From Octopus sinensis (Eukaryota), in assembly GCF_006345805.1 (NCBI RefSeq), contig NC_043008.1:19530001-19594000 (forward strand): a DNA stretch of 64,000 nucleotides, written 5' to 3'. Shown one piece after another: positions 26,373-40,016 of this stretch (positions within the stretch are counted from its first letter, which is position 1; each line of letters opens with the position of its first letter). The notes beneath the pieces are model-generated. The model worked only from the letters and a program-made list of their open reading frames with translations, did no database searches and was not told the DNA's origin. Both the position numbers and the translations under genes were made by a program.

Positions 26373-26779
26373 ATTGTGATCAATAATGTTTATTTCTCAC
26401 CAGATGGAGTACATCCTTGTTGAATTTTCTATCACGGATTAGTACATTATGTATATATATATAAATATATATATATATCTGTGTGTGTGTGTGTGGTGTG
26501 TGTATATATGTGCGTGTATGTGTGCGTGTATGTGTGTGTATGTATATATATATGTCTGTGCGTGTGTGTGTATACGCTAGTATAGAGTGTGTGAATGAGT
26601 GCACAAATGGTGGATAAATATTCTTTATTTGTGTATTAACAAGGCTACCAGTGGTTTCATATGAAGATATCTTCACAATTGTTGAACTGTACGAAGTGCA
26701 AGTGCTGGGACTCATATCCAATTTCGATAGGAATATCTAAAAACCCACTTACGAAGTGATTGTTCGGCTCGAATCTCTA

Positions 26780-26862
26780 TTGGAAAATGGTTGCCCAATG
26801 TGCCACGCAATGGGATCGAACCGGGAAACCATGTGATTGGTAAGCAAACTTTCACACAGCCT
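26780..26862 (-). mobile_element. SINE family D head fragment
   Basis: GTGCCACGCAATGGGATCGAACCGGGAAACCATGTG. Confidence 0.6.
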
Positions 26863-27734
26863 GGTCTGCGCCTTTGTCAATATAAATAAAACATGCAGAT
26901 ATTTGATGGACAGCATGGATACTGTAATTCCGCAATCTTTCGAGTGAGAACAGTATTACAGTGGCTTGCTCATAGAGGTTAGTTCTGGTAAGTGAATAGG
27001 ACCGGCCTATAAATTGTCTGATGACACGATTCTTCAAAATAATTAGTTGTTATATTGAATTAGTTTACGAATTTCATACTCAGGGTATTTAGATATAACT
27101 TTATTGAAGCAAACGAATATGAAATAATGCCCTGTAGCCAAACCATTATTTCAATTTATCAAAGATCCAATATTAATTGGCATTTTCCTAAGTCAGTGAA
27201 CGCTTCCTAAATAACTATATGCACTTAAACTCACCATCATCATTATTTCTATAGTCATCGCCATCGTCGTCGTTGTTGTCATCATCATAATTAATTACTT
27301 TTATGTTAGAAATTTAAACTATGTTCAATTATCGAAAATTATTAAGATACTGATTAAATACAAAATATAAACCGGTATAAATGGTAGCGATTTTCAGAAC
27401 GAATGCGTTTAAAATGATCTTGAAGCGATAAATATTGATGAAGCAAAACTACTGCATCCAAATGAAGGCAGAAGTAACTTTTATTCACTAAAATGAGATT
27501 TCAGGAATAACTATAGAAAAATAATTAATCCTAATTAAACATTATGCCATTTATTCCGGTCAGGTTTTCATGCTGAAAAATTGCAACATTTGCGTGTATT
27601 TAAAAAAAAAATTTCTTGGGTGCTAGGACCCATAAAACTGGTTACTCGGTTTACATGTTATATACATGAACGAGGTCACATATTCCTCTGATTGGGACCC
27701 CGGTGCATTATAATGTTCAAAGCCGGCAGTTTTG

Positions 27735-27872
27735 AGGGGAGAGTACGGATCGATTACACCGACCCCAGTACTTTGTTGGTACCTTGTTTTATTGACCCCA
27801 AAGGATGAAGGGCAAAGTTAATCTCGGCGGGATTTAAACTCAGGACTTAAAATGCGGGAAGAAATGCGGCCA
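27735..27872 (-). mobile_element. SINE family F, diverged
   Basis: GACCCCAAAGGATGAAGGGCAAAGTTAATCTCGGCGGGATTTAAACTCAG. Confidence 0.65.
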
Positions 27873-29949
27873 AATCAAGGTGCTGATGATCGAGAAATTA
27901 TAATTATATTAATGATGAAGAAATCATTGCAAATATTTAACTCTCTTGAAATAGTAAACAAGTATGTTTCTTATTCAACTCTATCAAGTAAGAAAGGACG
28001 GCTACATTGAGTAATATATATCCATGAATAAACAGGATAGTCATCACTAGAAAGGCTTATTTAGATCAAAAGTGTAATTAATCGACGTGGATCTGATGTT
28101 GGACAATAACACCAACTAGAACAGTCCTATAAAAATTTGCTTTACTGAACAGAAACGTACAATTAATGAAAAATTTAGCGGCGAACCTGTGTTGTTCAAC
28201 ACATATTAGAGATAATGGAATCGAATTTAGAAAAGAATATTGTTTTCTTCTTGTATTAATTTTCTTTTGTTTTATTTTATATATTATTTATTTTTCGTCC
28301 ATTTTTAGATTTTCAACAACATTCAATAAGTGGAATTACACTTTTGATCCATGCATACTATTTAATCAACCTCAAAATCCAGAACGAAGTTTGGGAGATA
28401 AATGCCGATACATTGTAGTAAGTAGCCATATTGTTCACTCGTTTTCTGTTACAAATTCATTCGTATTTGTCTCCATTAAATGGGTACATTAACTGCCTTC
28501 CTGTCGAAATAAAAAGCCGGACGTCCTTGTCATGTCACTAGCATTGCGCAATGAATGATGGTTAAGACATTTAACTCTGAAACGGACAAATTTATGTTAC
28601 TTGTAAAAGTATTTATAGAAAGAAACAGAACTGTATTGTAACCATTAGTAACGTTGTTACGATTAATGATTGCCTTGTTAACTTACTTGCAGTGATTATC
28701 TAACCCGTGACAACATAACTGTGGATAAGCGACAAAATATGAAAGAAAAGACTTCAATATCGTCTCTATATGACTATAAAGATCTGGGAACAAATACTTA
28801 CTTCAAATATATAGTTTACGTCGAGAGACTTCAAACAATTTTGTTTAAAACATTGCGAATCGAGCAGCCTTCGATTTTTTCTAAAGTGTCATTTCACCTA
28901 ATTCTTCATGCTATCATTTACAGTTTTATCTATTTCGAGTTCCCATCGTTAAAGAATAATTATTCCTATATATACTTTGTTGGTGCATAGAGATAATTTG
29001 TATATTTTAAAAAATAATCATTTTCCAATTGTATTCTCTGCCAATGCAGTTTAAATATACCACTGGTTTCTAGGATAGGATTAACATCAAATGCTTGACT
29101 CGATTTTATCGACTATCTGTCAACCATTCTTAGTGACTAAACAGTTTTATTGTTCTTAAATATTTACCATATGGCTCAGCATATTTGGCGGCGTGTAGGT
29201 GGGGGTTCAGTGTGAAATGGTGATAGTATTCCGGCTTCCAGAAAATTCAGTGAAAATGCAATAGAATTTTGGAACGGTACGGAGAAGCATCGGTTCAACA
29301 GCAAATCAGAAGAAATGGCTTATGGTATTAAGCTGCCAACATGTCTGTCCGAATTCGAAAATCTGCTGGGGTTCTTCTTTCTGACTAATATAATATAACA
29401 ACCAGCCATTTTACTGAAGGGGATTTTATTAAGCTGATTCGTGTCAAAATGTGTTCCCCAGCGCTAATGTTAGAATTTAAAATTAGTTTTGGGACAACAC
29501 AGCTTTTCCTAATGACTTAAATAGCATATACGTATCCACAATATATGAGGCTGATGGAGGTGTCATATCCTCATATCTCACGTCTAACTTGAATGTGACA
29601 TGAAAGAGTGGACTCTGCTAAATGGAAAACAAGTACCAGGTAATAGTTCTAAAATCCTGTCGACAGACAAATCTAAAACCTAAGATTATTGTTTCCTCGT
29701 TCAACCTTCTTATGCCTGAAATTAAAACAGTGACTTTAAACAGAACTTTATGTATAAAATAAACTGAGACAACAAATGTCTGAATCTATCGAGCACCAGA
29801 CAATCAAGTAAAATATTCGAGGTTCGGATCCTTTCAACCGCACTACTATTTTTTATCGTTGTCAACGTACTTTGTACCGAAATATTTCGCTGTGCATCTA
29901 TGGAATAACCCAGCTTCATAAAGAATCCCTTCGGTCACGTATGACTATA

Positions 29950-30249
29950 GAATTGCCCTAGACAGTTCCCGTCCAAGGCACAAGTTCGAGCAAGGTTGTT
30001 TATGGAAGACAAGAAGTCACCCATGCTTACCAACCTCCTTTCTTCATGTCACCGATGATATCCAAGAGAAGTCAAAGGCCGATACAGCTTGGCACAAGTG
30101 ACGTTTCAACTCATTTCAACAGCTGAGAGAACTGGAGCAACGTGAAATGAAATGACATGTGCAAGGCCACAACACGCAACGCGGTACGGGAATCGAACTG
30201 ACTACCACATGATTGTGAGTCCAACGCCCTAACCACAACGCATGCGCTT
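29950..30249 (-). mobile_element. tRNA-derived SINE family E (CORE-like body)
   Basis: AGCTGAGAGAACTGGAGCAACGTGAAATGAAATG...GGGAATCGAACT..CCCTAACCAC. Confidence 0.65.
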
Positions 30250-30984
30250 TAACAAACCACCAGTAAAATACCAATTACATTTCTTGATCTTGTCAAACAC
30301 TTTTATTATGAAAACAATTCAGTTGTATGTTAACACTGGAGAATTTTCTAAAATTATCTTAATGTGAATTTTGTAAGGTAATTTTGTAACGAGTTTCTCC
30401 ATTTTCCAGAGAACTTTATATATTAAGCTGAAACATTTTTGATGTATAGTTGTAATACAGCTAGATATACAGCTTATTGTATAATTTTATTCCATGATTT
30501 AATTAGCAAATTAATTATTTAAGGAGTTATTGCAAACTGCTTGAAATAAATCGTTTAATATTCCTCTAGATTATTTTGAATATATTCAACTTCACCGTCG
30601 ACACCATTTTACATGCCTAAACATTATATATATATATATATAAACCTGTGTGTTGGTAAATATGTTTATGCAGACATACAGTGAATGGACGCATGGACAA
30701 ACATGCAAAGATATATGTATGTGTACGTGTGTCTCTGTGTGTATGCATCTACGTTCGTGCTTATGTATGTGTGTATGTCTGTGTAGGCATATGTATCCAT
30801 CTAACGATCCTTCCAACGAGCTAGACAGTCCGTTATCCAGCAAGCCCGCCAGCCACTCACACAGTAGCCATATATGCATATTTATATATATTAATACTTA
30901 TATGCACACACACAGAAAATTATGTTCACAAATTTATACTTGTGTATATTTATACTTGTGTATATGCATACATATATATAGGAA

Positions 30985-31139
30985 GAATTCACATGAAAAC
31001 AACAACAAAAGACGAAGACAGGTGGCGTAGATGTATTACAACAAACAGATGTATTAATTTAACGCTCTGGAAGTGAAAAAAGACTTTAACGTTTCGAGCC
31101 TACGCTCTTCCACAGAAAGGAACAGAGAAAGAAGCAAGG

Positions 31140-31140
<1 letters not shown>
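30985..31140 (-). mobile_element. Family G short repeat (Penelope-like terminal-repeat type) with variant HHR-like motif
   Basis: Shared with 40017-40190, 59470-59552 and 61900-62100. Sits in (TA)n. Confidence 0.6.
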
Positions 31141-31193
<53 letters not shown>

Positions 31194-31226
31194 CATACAT
31201 GTATACATACTTATATCAACACACAT

Positions 31227-31258
<32 letters not shown>

Positions 31259-31869
31259 AGTGTGTGTTTGTAAACTAATATCGAAATCAATTTTGCACGT
31301 GTAAAACGTATGTAATTGAAAAGATGTGTTTCTAAATTATATTTAATTTATCCGATAATTTTTGAATAAATATTAAATTTATTAGAAAAATGTTTAAATC
31401 ATATTTGAATTTCTTGCGAGGTAATCACTAATACGAGCTAGGTTTCACTTAAATAATTGTATGAAAAATACATTTTGTACAAAGAAATTGTAGTCGAATC
31501 GAAAGTTTGAATTCCAAAGAATTGCAATAATGTGGTAATTAATTTGTAATGAGTATTCAGCGTGTAAAATTTACGAGTTTGGAATGTATTTAAATACTAC
31601 GAATTTCTTTATTTGTAGCTGTAATCTTATTGCACTGAGGCACACAAAGAAATACTCTGTGCGACAGAAACGTAGATGAAGACTAACTTATATTGCTTTC
31701 AGTTTGAAAATAGTTGATAATGAATATAATTCTTTGCTTGAAATGTTTGGCATATATTTTCATAAATCGGCATTTTGAGTGTATAAACACACACGCACGC
31801 ACATACACATGCATATACACATCTAACTATCTATCTATATCTGTAATATATGTGACAATTTTTCGTTTT

Positions 31870-32029
31870 CCATAATAAAACTCTGCGTTTCGGATGTCGG
31901 GGCGGAAATCTGCTCTGGTATCTAGTCAGTTATTAAGACAAACTAAAATGCTATGTAAATGACCGTTAAACAAAGGCAAATTACTACAGATATCCGCCCC
32001 GACGTCCGAAACTCGGAGTTTTATTATGG
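31870..32029. mobile_element. Small fold-back with ~43-bp inverted arms
   Basis: CCATAATAAAACTCTGCGTTTCGGATGTCGGGGCGGAAATCTG...CAGATATCCGCCCCGACGTCCGAAACTCGGAGTTTTATTATGG. Confidence 0.8.
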
Positions 32030-33033
32030 CAACCTAATAATATGTGGTTGTGTGGGTTTGTGTGTCTGTGTGTGTGAGTATGTGCGTGTATTTGACTGAA
32101 GAGATCCATATAGGATAGAGCGATACTAAAGCGAAGTACGCTACAATTATAAGCTAGACTGAATGAGGTAAATCAGACAGCGATCTGTTGATTAATCATC
32201 ATGTCATAGCTTACTTCTTTATTGGGTAAGCCTGATGAGATGAGAGTTGTATACAATATTATGTAATCTTATAGATGTTGCAAAGACTATTTCATGATGG
32301 GTATTCCTGACATAGGCATAGAGTGTAAAGTTTGGGAGATGACATTAATAAATCTTCTTAAGAAGTTTGAAAGGAAGTCTATCCTGAGATCTCCGAACGA
32401 GATTTGAACTCAAAACGTAGAGCGATGTATCGAAATTACGAGAAGTACTTTATTTCTCATCCTATCGATTCTGAAAGTTAAACAAATATAGTAATGAAAA
32501 TATATAATTAAATTGAAATATTACCATCCGTAATAGATTAGGTGTGAACATGAGTTTTATCTCTGAAAATTTCATACGCTATATTTTCACGAAATTGTAA
32601 CGAAATTAAACATCTGTCTATTTCCGAAGAGAGATCAAAGTTTCAGATGATCAACTTTCAAGAAAGATAAAATCAAAATATAACATATCACTGATAGGAA
32701 AACTTTGTACGAAATTTCATTAATCTCACTTTATGGCCCCATGTTTTTCCTTTTTTGTATAGTCACTGAACATCTTGTTAACACTAAAATGATTTATATC
32801 AGGTTATCTATAACACTCTGTAATGATCGATACCATTAGTATGGTATAATCAGAAAACAGGTGATGAAAATACTGCATGATGTTTAGTTCGGATCCTTCA
32901 GATTCTGACTGAAAATTCTGCGTCGAACGTCATTGTCTTTTTTACTCTAAGAAAATTTTGGAACACACATATAGTACTTCATTTTGCATCAGGGTTAATA
33001 TAATACGTTTTTTTTTAGTTTAGAAATGCCAGA

Positions 33034-33125
<92 letters not shown>

Positions 33126-33140
33126 TTAATAATAGTAATA
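33034..33140. repeat. (ACT)n/(AAT)n microsatellite
   Basis: Direct reading. Confidence 0.95.
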
Positions 33141-33237
33141 CTTTCGTGGATCATGGAAAACTGAACTGACATCTTACGGTAAAACTTGAGCACCCTGGGT
33201 ATCAGAAGCATCTTCTTCTTCTTCTTCTTCTTCTTCT

Positions 33238-33362
33238 TGCGGTGAGCTGGAAGAGTCGGTAATATGCCAAGCAAGATGCATAGCGGTATTTCGTCCGTCT
33301 TTATTTTCTGAGTTCGGATTTCGCCTACGTCGACTTTGCCTTTCATGCTTTCAAAGTCGACA
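33238..33362 (+). mobile_element. SINE family F fragment
   Basis: GCGGTGAGCTGG..GTATTTCGTCCGTC..GTCGACTTTGCCTTTCAT. Confidence 0.7.
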
Positions 33363-33839
33363 TCTGGACATTCAAACTGCTAAAACGTGCATCCAAATGT
33401 AATTTATTTCTGATACTATTATCTTAAAAAGAGAAGTTCACATCTTATTCACTTTAATTCAGAAGCAAAAAATACAGGCGGAGTGGTTATACTAGGAATA
33501 TCCCTAGCATATATCTATCGTTCATAGCTGATTAGAATAAAACAACAACCCCTCGATTTGTACTGACAGAACGAATTTGGTAACTCGCAGTTTAATAAAT
33601 TTACAAAGACAAGAAATAAGATTAGCAATGTTGTATAAAGTAAGGAACAATAAACCAATAATGTAATTTATATTGAGATGATGACAAGTTAATTTAGAAT
33701 AATTAATCGATATAGTACAGAAGCTATTGCCTGGTATATTATATAAGGAAGAAATGCGGTAGTTAGTTATTGGGTGCAGACATAAAAAAAAATCTCATGT
33801 AGTGAGAACAAATGGATCATTATGAATATAGTTAACGAG

Positions 33840-35045
33840 CGTCGTGCTGGCAGAAACGGTAGCACGCCGGGCGAAATACTTAGGTGTAATTCGTCTGTTC
33901 TGAGTTCAAATTCCGGCGAGGACGACTTTGCCTTCTGTCCTTTCGGGATCGACAAATTAAGTACCAGTTGCGTACTGTGGTCGATCTAATCGACTGCTCT
34001 CTCTTCTCCAAAATTCGGTCCTTGTGCCTAGACTAGAATAGATTAGGAATATGGTTACCAAGTGTCGAGCTGGCAGAATCGTTAGCATGCCGAATGAAAT
34101 TGCTTAGTCGTATTTCGTCTGTCTTTACATTCTGAGTACAAATTCCGCCGAGGTCGACTTTGCCTTTCAACCTTTCGGGGTCGAAAAATCAAGTACCAGT
34201 TACGCACTGGGGTCGATGTAATCGACTTAATCCGTTTGTCTGTCCGTGTCTGTTCCTTCTATGTTTAGCTCCTTGTGGGTAGTAAAGAAATAGGTATTTC
34301 GTGTCTTTACATTCTGAGTTCAAATTCCGCCAAGGTCGACTTTGCCTTTTATCCTTTCAGGGTCGATTAAGCAAGTACCAGTTACGCACTGGGGTCGATA
34401 TAATCGACTTAATCCGTTTGTCTGTCCTTGTGTGCAGTAAAGAGATAAGAAACGTTAGCACGCCGGGCGGAATTAGCCGTATTTGGTCTGTCTTTACGTT
34501 CTGAGTACAAATTCCGCCGATGTCGACTTTGCCTTTCATCCTTTCGGGGTCGATAAATTAAGTACCAGTTGCGTACTAATCGACTGCTCCCTCTCCCACC
34601 AAATTTGGTCCTTGTGCCTAGAGTAGAAAAAGACTATGAATATGGTTACCAAGCTTCGAGCTGTCAGAATCGTTAGTATGCCGAACGAAATTGCTTAGCG
34701 GTATTTCGCCTGTCGTTACGTTCTGAGTTCAAATCTCGCCGAGGTCGACTTTGCCTTTCATCCATTCGGGATCGATAAATCAAGTACCAGTTACGCACTG
34801 GGGTCGATGTAATCGACTTAATCCGTTTGTCTGTCCTTGTCTGTCCCCTCTGTGTTTAGCCCCTTGTGGGTAGTAAAGAAATAGGTATTTCGTCTGTCTC
34901 TACGGTCTGAGTTCAAATTCTGCCAAGGTTGAATTTACCTTTCATTCTTTTGGAATCGATAAATTAATTACCTGTGAAAGACCGGGATCGATGTAATCTA
35001 ATTTCCTCCCACCAAAGTCCAGGCCTTGCGCCTTTAGTAGAAAGT
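33840..35045 (+). mobile_element. Head-to-tail cluster of six SINE family F copies
   Basis: Six repeats of the TTCTGAGTTCAAATTCCGCCGAGGTCGACTTTGCCTTTCA core. Confidence 0.9.
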
Positions 35046-37149
35046 ATAATAGGGAAGACACTCGCATAAAATAAATCTACGTTAACTAAAAGTTAGAGTG
35101 AATTTGATCGTTGGCAGTAAAGTTACAATTCGGCGCACCTCGCCGTCATAGTAATATCAAGGTTATCGGATATTGAAGGATTGATGTATTTTAATATCTT
35201 GGTATTTTAATATCTAGGCACAGGAGATATAGTTTTATTTTGTATAGCAACATAAAATTAATGATTTATTTCCTGATAGGGTTAAAATTAACGTCTGGAA
35301 TTGACTAAACGATGAAAGTTTAAAAACCACTTGCAGAAGAATGTAATCTCCATCTATGATCATATCTGCCTACATATATTACACACAAACCAACGTGTAC
35401 ACATACGCACGCGCACATTTCATGCACACATACTTGCATTCGCACATCAAACTGTAAACCTCTAATGTCCTCAAACGAAATCTCGTAAATTGAAATTGCT
35501 AACCAGCAATAAGTAGTGATATAATAAGTGACATAGAGATATATTGACTGTATCCGCGTCATAAATGTTATATTTCTTTGAAGGTATGTTGAGAATATAA
35601 AAATTTATTAATAGTTGTCATGGCCATCTTTACATACCGTTAATCACCAGGAATATTGTTTACATTCTGAAGCAGGAAATAATATTTTATACGTTACAAT
35701 ATATATTTTTTCCTGTCAAAAATATAAGCTGGGATTTATTTCTCTTTAAGTTTTTATTTTCGTACGCGATTAATTTATATAATCGACAGAATCGGGCTTC
35801 TGTATATTGCTGTTCTGTATTTTATACACTTCCGAAGCAATAACCTCAAAAATTAGAACTGAACATTTCCAGAAAAGAAGTTAAATAATGTTTAATACGT
35901 TTAGATCTGTATGTTTACTCTCCCGATTACTTTTGTCTGCTTCCTGCTTTCTAATGCGTGCAATAGTAACGAAAAAAAAAATCTATCTATCTCATTTAAC
36001 GCATAAACGACCATTTTCATGGCTAATTGTCGAGATTCAAGACACAGAGGAATATGTTGATTAATACCGAAGTTTAGGATCGATGGAACACAATGTGCAA
36101 TTGTTAATATCATTCCAACCGTAAAAATACCCGTGAAGATAACTGAAGTAACGTTGATTATTGGAATCAGAATAAAATAGATAGGAATAGGATTAGTGTT
36201 AATAAAGTAAATCTATTTTATTATTGTTGTCGGTCTTTTGGCAGTTAGATTTTGTATTTGCATTCTTTAATATGGCTGTGTTTTAGATTGGAACAATTCA
36301 CGGTGTTTGGTTTGGTTGTCTTTAATAATTGGCCAGAAGAACTGGTATCGATAATTAAGATTAAAAATAATGCCTCTTATTCGGATAGCTATATCTTCCT
36401 GGAAAGTTTTGTAAAGCAACAAAATATTCTGGGGTTGCTTTCTTGTTTTGTTATTATTATTTGTTTTTGGTGGTGGTGGGGGGGGGGGGCGTTTAACAAT
36501 ATTATAATTCTGTGTAGATTATTTGCGGTATACTGGAAAATTGCATGATTTATGCCTTTTCCACTCTCACAGTCTTGGTGAAATTGATTTTGAGGAAAGC
36601 TCATGAGGTAGAAAGACTGACAGGATAAAGAACTTGGAACGACGTACATGCATTCTCATTTTCTTTAGGGGTTTCTTTCACTTAAACAAATTTGGAAGAC
36701 AGCACCAATGATTCTTTTTCAGGGGGCTTTAGAATGGTGAGAGGGAATGACCGTCAGGCCGAAGGCTCGTCCCAAATGTTTAAGCCAAAGTGTAATATCT
36801 GTGACGCGATTAAACGATCATACGGCGGTGTTAGACCGAGCAATATATGAAATCTATCACGCAATGATTTCAATATAAGAACCAATAATGTACGATATTT
36901 TATCCAATGCATTGTGTACTTTTGAAAACGGCGTTTTCCTTCTCTAATATGTGTGTGTGTGTGGTGTGTGTGTGTGTGTGTGTGTGTATATACACACACA
37001 TATTTACAATAATTAATCGATATAGTACAGAAGCTATTGCCTGGCATATTATATAAGGAAAAATTGCAGTAGTTAGTTATTGGGTGCAGACATAAAAAAA
37101 ATAAAACCTCATGTAGTGAGAACAAATGGATCATTATGAATATTGTTAC

Positions 37150-37372
37150 CAAGCGCCGTGCTGGCAGAAACGTTTGCAGGCCGGCGAAATGCTTAGCGGT
37201 ATTTCGTCTGCCGTTACGTTCTGAGTTCAAATTCCGCCGAGGTCGACTTTGCTTTTCATCTTTTCGGGGTCGATTAAATAAGTACCAGTTACGGGGTCGA
37301 TGTAATCGGCTTAATCCGTCTGTCTGTCCGTATGTTTAGCCCCTTGTAGGCAATAAAGAAATAAGAAATCAT
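37150..37372 (+). mobile_element. SINE family F
   Basis: Same core as 33840-35045. Confidence 0.85.
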
Positions 37373-37505
37373 TCTAGTTTTATATCATGAGTTTCTTCAA
37401 GACGTTTTTGCACAAATAGTTGAAATTAAATTTCGGGAACTGTAAAAATTCCATATTATTATCTCTGTGTTTAGCCCCTTGTGGGTAGTAAAGAGATACT
37501 TATTT

Positions 37506-37776
37506 TTCTTCTTCTTCTTCTTCTTCTTCTTCTTCTTCTTCTTCTTCTTCTTCTTCTTCTTCTTCTTCTTCGTCTTCTTCTTCTTCGTCTTCTTCTTCTT
37601 CGTCTTCTTCTTTATCATCATCATCTTATTATTCTTCGTCTTCTTTATCATCATCATCTTCCTCTTCTTCTTCCTTTTCTTCTTCATCTTATTCTTCATC
37701 TTCACCTTCGTCTTCTTCTTCATCATCATCATCTTCCTCTTCTATTTCATCTTATTCTTCATCTTCTTCACCTTCG

Positions 37777-37814
<38 letters not shown>

Positions 37815-38003
37815 TTCTTTTTCGTCTTCTTCTTCATTTTCTTCTTCATCTTCTTCTTCTTCATCTTCTTCTTCTTCCCCCTCCTCCTCCTTCGTCTTCT
37901 TCTTCCTTTTCTTCATCTTCTTCTTCTTTGTCTTCATTTTCTTCTTCGTTTTTTTTACTTCTTCTTCTCCTTCTTCTACATTTTTCTTCTCCTTCGTCTT
38001 CTT
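37506..38003. repeat. Complex (CTT)n/(CAT)n/(CCT)n trinucleotide region
   Basis: Direct reading. Confidence 0.95.
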
Positions 38004-38444
38004 TATATATATATACACACATAAATATATGTAAATATACGTATGATTGATTGATTGATTGATTCTAGTTTCAGCTTATGAGCTGTGGCCATGCTGGGGC
38101 ACCGCCATATACATGCACATACATACATACACGTACAGAAAGACAGAGACAATACCAGTGGTGCAAACATCATATCACAACATTCTCTGAATCAAAATGC
38201 AGACTGGATTAGAAAAACAAAACAAAAGAAAACAAAAATAACATCTAGAAATACAAAAAAATTCCAGAAAACCGACGACAAAATTTTGTCACGGTTTCGT
38301 AATGTAATTAGTAGTTAATTGATGGAAACACTTCAAAAATCTCTAATTGTCAATTATAGTAGTGAAAAGAAAATGACCCGGCAGTTTTAATGTCAAAGTA
38401 ACGTAGACCTTTTCAAACTTTTTGATACGTCCTATATATATATA

Positions 38445-38840
38445 GGTGCAGGCGTGGCTAGTGTGGTAAGAAGCTTGTTTCTTAATCACATGGTTCTGGG
38501 TTCAGTCCTGCTGCGTGGCACTTTGGGGAAATGTTTTCTACTATAGCCTCGGCCCGACCAAAGACTTATGAGTGGATTTGGCAGACGGAAACTGGAAATA
38601 TATGTATATATTTATGTGTGTGTGTGTGTGTGTTTGTCGCTTCAACTAACTATCGCTTGACAACCTATGCTGGTGTGTTTATGACCCTGTAACTTAGCGG
38701 TTCAGCTAAAAGAAACCGATAGGAGAAGTACTAGGTTTGCAAAGAACGAGTTCTGGGATCGATGTGTTCTACTAAATGCGTTGTTCCAGCATGGCCGCAG
38801 TCAAATGACTGAAAGAAGGAAAAGAAAAGAATAAAAGAAT
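38445..38840 (+). mobile_element. SINE family D
   Basis: Similarity to 6794-7368. A second partial copy follows at 38880-39043. Confidence 0.85.
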
Positions 38841-39108
38841 ATATATATTAGAACGAATAAGGAAATATCTACACAAATTTTTCTACTATAACTTCGGGCC
38901 GACCAAAGTCTTGTGAGTGGATTTGGCAGACGGAAACTATAAGCTGCCCGTCGTGTATGTGCATATATATATTTATGTACGTGTGTGTATATGTTTGTGT
39001 ATCTGTGTTTGTCCCCCGCCAACATCGCTTGACAACGGATGCTTTTTCATACCTTTAATTTTTACCACTGATCTAAATGCAATCTCAATACCACACAGTA
39101 CATATACC

Positions 39109-39341
39109 TATTTCTTTACTACCCACAAAGGGCTAAACACAGAGAGGACAAACAAGGACAGACAAACGGATTAAGTCGATTACATCGACCCCAGTGCGTA
39201 ACTGTTATTTATTTAATCGAACCCGAAAGGATGAAAGGCAAAGTCGACCTCGGCGGAATTTGAACTCAGAACGCAAAGACAGGCGAAATACCGCTAAGCA
39301 TTTCGCCCAACGTGCTAACGTTTCTGCCAGGTCACCACCTT
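39109..39341 (-). mobile_element. SINE family F, full length
   Basis: Reverse complement of the copy type at 34655-34883. Confidence 0.9.
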
Positions 39342-39727
39342 CCACAGTACATATACCGAACACCCATTAGGTGCTCTCCATAAACCTAATGCCTTCTCGA
39401 TATCTTAATTTATATTCTCTCCAATTTTTCATTTTAATATTTTGTTTAATGATAGATATATAATATATTTGTATATATATATATATATATATAAATATAT
39501 ATATATATAGGGAGAGCATTAATAAATCTCCGAACGAGATGTAAACAGTAACCGCTCGACAACGTAAAGTGTAGTAGCCATCTGAATGTGGCTAGCCACT
39601 GGGGGTGGGTGTTACTGAAGCTTTTAGCCCCAGGAGATCGTCGTCTCCAGCTGGCTTTAGACACACTTTCTGTGCCCTTCTGATATTTGCAAAGAGAGGT
39701 CATCCCCTCTCGAAAACCTAAGTGATA

Positions 39728-39772
39728 CATACGGACTATAGTTTCGAGGTTTTTGCCCCTCGTCAACGTATG
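39728..39772 (-). ncRNA. Type I hammerhead ribozyme (C3U core variant), left arm
   Basis: CATACG-TTGACGA-GGGG/CCTC-GAAAC-TATA-GTC-CGTATG. Confidence 0.65.
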
Positions 39773-39804
39773 GTAAACACCGGTTTTCGAAAACCGGTGT
39801 TTAC

Positions 39805-39849
39805 CATACGTTGACGAGAGGCAAAAACCTCGAAACTATAGTCCGTATG
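39805..39849 (+). ncRNA. Type I hammerhead ribozyme (C3U core variant), right arm
   Basis: CATACG-TTGACGA-GAGG-CAAAAA-CCTC-GAAAC-TATA-GTC-CGTATG. Predicted cleavage after 39843. Confidence 0.65.
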
Positions 39850-40016
39850 TATCACTTAGGTTTTCGAGAGGGGATGACCTCTCTTTGCAAATATCAGAAG
39901 GGCACAGAAAGTGTGTCTAAAGCCAGCTGGAGACGACGATCTCCTGGGGCTAAAAGCTTCAGTAACACCCACCCCCAGTGGCTAGCCACATTCAGATGGC
40001 TACTACACTTTACGTT

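Larger units (their letters stand above)
39517..40016. mobile_element. Palindromic HHR-bearing insertion, family P2 (Penelope-like non-autonomous)
   Basis: 456-bp palindrome at 39561-40016 with zero spacer and one mismatch, plus a 44-nt one-sided extension. 12-bp TSD ATATAGGGAGAG at 39505-39516 and 40017-40028. Confidence 0.9.

Noticed and set aside
27883-27910. CTGATGA-TCGA-GAAA motif
   Set aside because: No real stem II or stem I.
33840-35045. CRISPR-like repeat-spacer pattern
   Set aside because: Units are whole diverged SINE copies in eukaryotic DNA, with no cas genes.
37397-38050. Long poly-K/F/L/E/D ORFs
   Set aside because: Several frames on both strands are open simply because the (CTT/CAT)n tract lacks stops. 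No splice or domain support.
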